DNA of 64,000 nucleotides, taken from assembly GCA_030264375.1 (NCBI GenBank), contig JASCQW010000132.1, forward strand, positions 80,014,784 to 80,078,783, read 5' to 3'. Of the stretch, positions 60,811 through 64,000 are shown piece by piece. The translations under genes were made by a program, and so were the position numbers. Position 1 is the stretch's first letter. Every line of letters begins with the position of its first letter. The notes under the pieces were generated by a model. The model did not search any database. It worked only from the letters and a program-made list of their open reading frames with translations, and was not told the DNA's origin. Source of the DNA: Carcharhinus longimanus (Eukaryota).

Positions 60811-61811
60811 CTTGCAAAGAATCATAGCAAGACTGGGGAGCAGCAGAGTTCTAGAAACCAGCAAACTAGAACCAGAAAAAATCAATATAAGGGTAAACTA
60901 GAAAAAAAAAGTCATGTCCTGAAGACATTAAAGAGACTTGTTACACAATTAAAAAATGGACCTTTGTCAATCAAACAATGGCTCACAGGGCGCCTGATGC
61001 ACAGGTTGGCAATTTCCAACAGTAGTTACAGGACAAAAGTTCAATCCCATCCTTTTGGAATCTCATATCTTCTACTGTGAGGACACATTACTATCAACAA
61101 AAGCAGAGACCAGCAGCCTAGTCTTATTACAAAGGGAGAGCCATCAAAACCCATTATACCTCCAGAAGCAGTAAAAGCCATCATCCATCTCCCACAATGA
61201 TAATGGATTTTGACCAGAGTGTAGAAACTACTTGTTGGCCTGCAGCTGATTTATGAATGGGCAACATCATGTCATGTGACCTAAGCTTCTTTGGAAAGTT
61301 TTTAATATTGCATTTCTATAGTTGCTACTGAGTCTGTTGTTTAAACACCAGCCTGCAACTATTAGAGAGGACTCCAGGCTGACCAACAGCAGGCATTAAG
61401 CCTAAGCCTCCTGACAGCTTGTTTTAACGGCAGATCCTTGCCTTTGCCTGCTGAGCAGGCCAAATCTCTCTGTATCAACCTCAAGTTTCTGTATCCCCGT
61501 TAACTTCAAAGAAATTCAGCAAATCCTGCTTCAATAGCTGAATCTGCCTGAAATACTTATTTTCAAGTTCCTTCATGGCTTTTCCCCTCCCCATCCCTTT
61601 AATCACTTCCAGCCCCACAATTCTCTGAGATATCTGAGCTCATCTCATTTTGGCCTCATGTGCAGTCTATTGCTCCATTCTTGGCATTCATGGCTTCATC
61701 TTTCTCAATCCTAAACTCTGGAGTATCCCCCCTTCTCAAAACTTATTTTCCTCTATATTTTGCATTCATCTTTTAAAACACTTCTTCTAACCTACCTCTT
61801 TGACCAAGTTT

Positions 61812-62135
61812 GATGACTAGTGGAGTGCGGCAGGGATCGGTGCTGGGGCCTTAGCTATTTGCCATTTATATAGATGATCTGGAGGAGGGGGCTGAGTGTA
61901 GGGTGATGAAATTTGCTGATGACACGAAGATGAGTGGANNNNNNNNNNNNNNNNNNNNNNNNNNNNNNNNNNNNNNNNNNNNNNNNNNNNNNNNNNNNNN
62001 NNNNNNNNNNNNNNNNNNNNNNNNNNNNNNNNNNNNNNCTTCAGATCAGCCATGATCTTATTGAATGGTGGGGCAGGCTCGAAGGGCTAGATGGCCTACT
62101 CCTGCTCCTATTTCTCATGTTCTTATGTTCTTATG
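61812..62135 (+). mobile_element. CR1 RT fragment, gap, 3' tail
   Basis: TSGVRQGSVLGP*LFAIYIDDLEEG..KFADDTK; tail (TTCTTATG)n. Confidence 0.88.
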
Positions 62136-62157
62136 TTTCTTGCTCATCTGACTTAAT

Positions 62158-62362
62158 GGCTGGAATTCTCTGGTTGTTCGCGTCAGTGGGATTTTGTGGT
62201 CCCGCCAGCAGCACACCCCCGCTTGTGGGTTTCCCTGTGGCATGGGGTACCTTTTGTGGAAAATCCCATTGACAACAGCGAGATTAGAGAATCCTGCCCC
62301 CAGCAAACAATATGCTGCCTTCTACTGCTGAGAAACATGCGGTTGTGAGGCTGGAGAATCCA
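62158..62362. mobile_element. MITE related to the one at 60388
   Basis: Termini GGCTGGAATTCTC ... GAGAATCCA form an imperfect inverted repeat. Confidence 0.5.
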
Positions 62363-63504
62363 TCACCACCTCCCCTCCGCAACCCCCCTCCGAATCTCCT
62401 AGTTTTATGGCTCAGTGTTGTACGTTGTTTCATAAAGGTTTTGTGAATGATCTTTCATTACATTCAAGTTGCTATAGAAATATAAGCTGTGGTTGTTGTT
62501 GTAAATAAGTGGTTTAAATTGTGCATCACAAATGTGCTGGCACATTTTGCCTGGTGTATTTTGTGCTGCTGGAATACAGAAGGGACTTCTCCCAGGATTT
62601 CCAAGCTCCCCTTATTTGCATGCACTGAACGTTCTCAGCCTGAATTCTTTCATGGTCTGGGAGTGCAGAAGTTAGGATTTTTAGAACATGAGTAGAAATG
62701 TTCTTAAAGTGGCATCTTCACTTCCCATTGGCAGCAGAGTGTGAAATTATACATTTTCTGCTGTGTTTTGTGCTGAGATGGCACAGATGACTTGTTAATC
62801 TCAATGGGTCATGCAGACAGGCTATGAGTTTTGAATGGTGGAGCCCAGCAGTAAAGTTGGAACCAAAGGAAACACCACAAGTAAACGTTTAATCCAAAGA
62901 GACAGGTAAAGGTGCAATGCCAAGAAATGAAAACTGACAAAAATAATGTAAGGACTAATCTCATCAAAGGATTGCAGGTATCTGCTTTGCTCCAACAGTT
63001 AAATGCACATCACTGTCTAGCATTGAGGTTGCATTTGATCAGAATTCCCAGAACATCAACATTGGCCCCGAGCAGACCCCAAATGAATACTGTAATGATG
63101 TTTGTGGCATGCAATGGTGCCAGCCTCCTATGCACAGTTTTCACATCCAGGGGAAACACCAGGGTAAAAGTAAATTGGCTACATTGGCTCAGATCCCAGC
63201 TTTCTGCTCCCTCTGCATGTCTATGCTACCATGGGAATGAAATTTCAGCTGTAAATAAATTCTTTGTTTCAAATATGCCAGGTCTCTGATACATGTAAGG
63301 GTTCTCATAGTTCATGATAGCCCAGCAATTTCTCAAGCATATTACATCTTTGTAACACAATGTCTTATATGACTTCTTTAGTCTCTTTATCAATTAATGT
63401 TTTGCACTGTTTAAACTCAGAAGTAGAAAGGTCATTTGATTCATGATATGCAGGAATTATCCAAAGTTGATGAATCTACATTTTTTAAATACGTCACATT
63501 TTGT

Positions 63505-63965
63505 ACAAGAACAAGAAGAAGAGCAAGAATAAAGAATAGTACAGCACAGGAACAGGCCCTTCGGCCACCCAGTCTATGCGAACACAGCTGCCTCTCTAAT
63601 CTAATACTGTTTTGCCTCTATGGGGTCCATATCCCTCTATTCCCTGCCTATTCATGTTTCCATCCAGATGCCTCTTCAACTTTGTTATAGAATCTGCTTC
63701 CACCAGCTCATCTGGCAGCTTGTTCCAGGTATTCACCATCCTTTGTGTGAAAAACTTGTCCCTTACATCACTTTTAAATTTTCCCCCTCTCACTTTCAAC
63801 CTATGCCCCCGAACAATTGAACCTTTGACCCTGGGAAAAAGACTCTGACTATCCACTCTATCCAAATGAGTCAGAATCTTGTAAACCTCCATCAAGTACC
63901 CCCTCATTCTCCAATGCTTTAATGAAAACAATCCAAGTTTGTTCAACCTTTCTTCATAGCATGCC
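63505..63965 (-). mobile_element. CR1 3' end
   Basis: YEERLNKLGLFSLK.WRMRG.LMEVYKIL..RGHRLKVRG..FFTQRMVNTWNKLP and tail. Confidence 0.92.
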
Positions 63966-64000
63966 ATATACCTTCTTGACAATCTGGTCCATCTGAGTTG

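Overview
Vertebrate genomic DNA from a gapped draft assembly, almost certainly a shark or other elasmobranch, judged from its HE1-type tRNA SINEs, DeuSINE/SacSINE1-like relics, and CR1, Penelope and Harbinger elements. The one complete gene is the zinc-finger transcription factor Sp8 on the minus strand: coding exon 1 at 40776-40796 (MATSLLG) and main exon at 38717-40095. A 10-N gap in the main exon creates a false frameshift. Sp8 sits in a roughly 18 kb CpG-retaining, TE-poor domain, with a motif-rich promoter, a ~24-copy minisatellite just upstream and many candidate enhancer-like non-coding blocks. Oddities: (1) a single intact VPS13B exon (3103-3337, +) sandwiched between LINE tails, either a misjoin or a displaced exon; (2) a decayed ~2.3 kb coiled-coil/gag-like reading frame preceded by a Gypsy protease motif (16300-18560, -); (3) a Harbinger transposase split in frame by a CR1 that itself carries a nested LINE; (4) a candidate 37-nt cassette exon and a 9-nt microexon in the Sp8 intron. 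Family names come from my recall of consensus motifs, not from database searches, and repeat boundaries are approximate. I found no evidence for a clearly new biological system.
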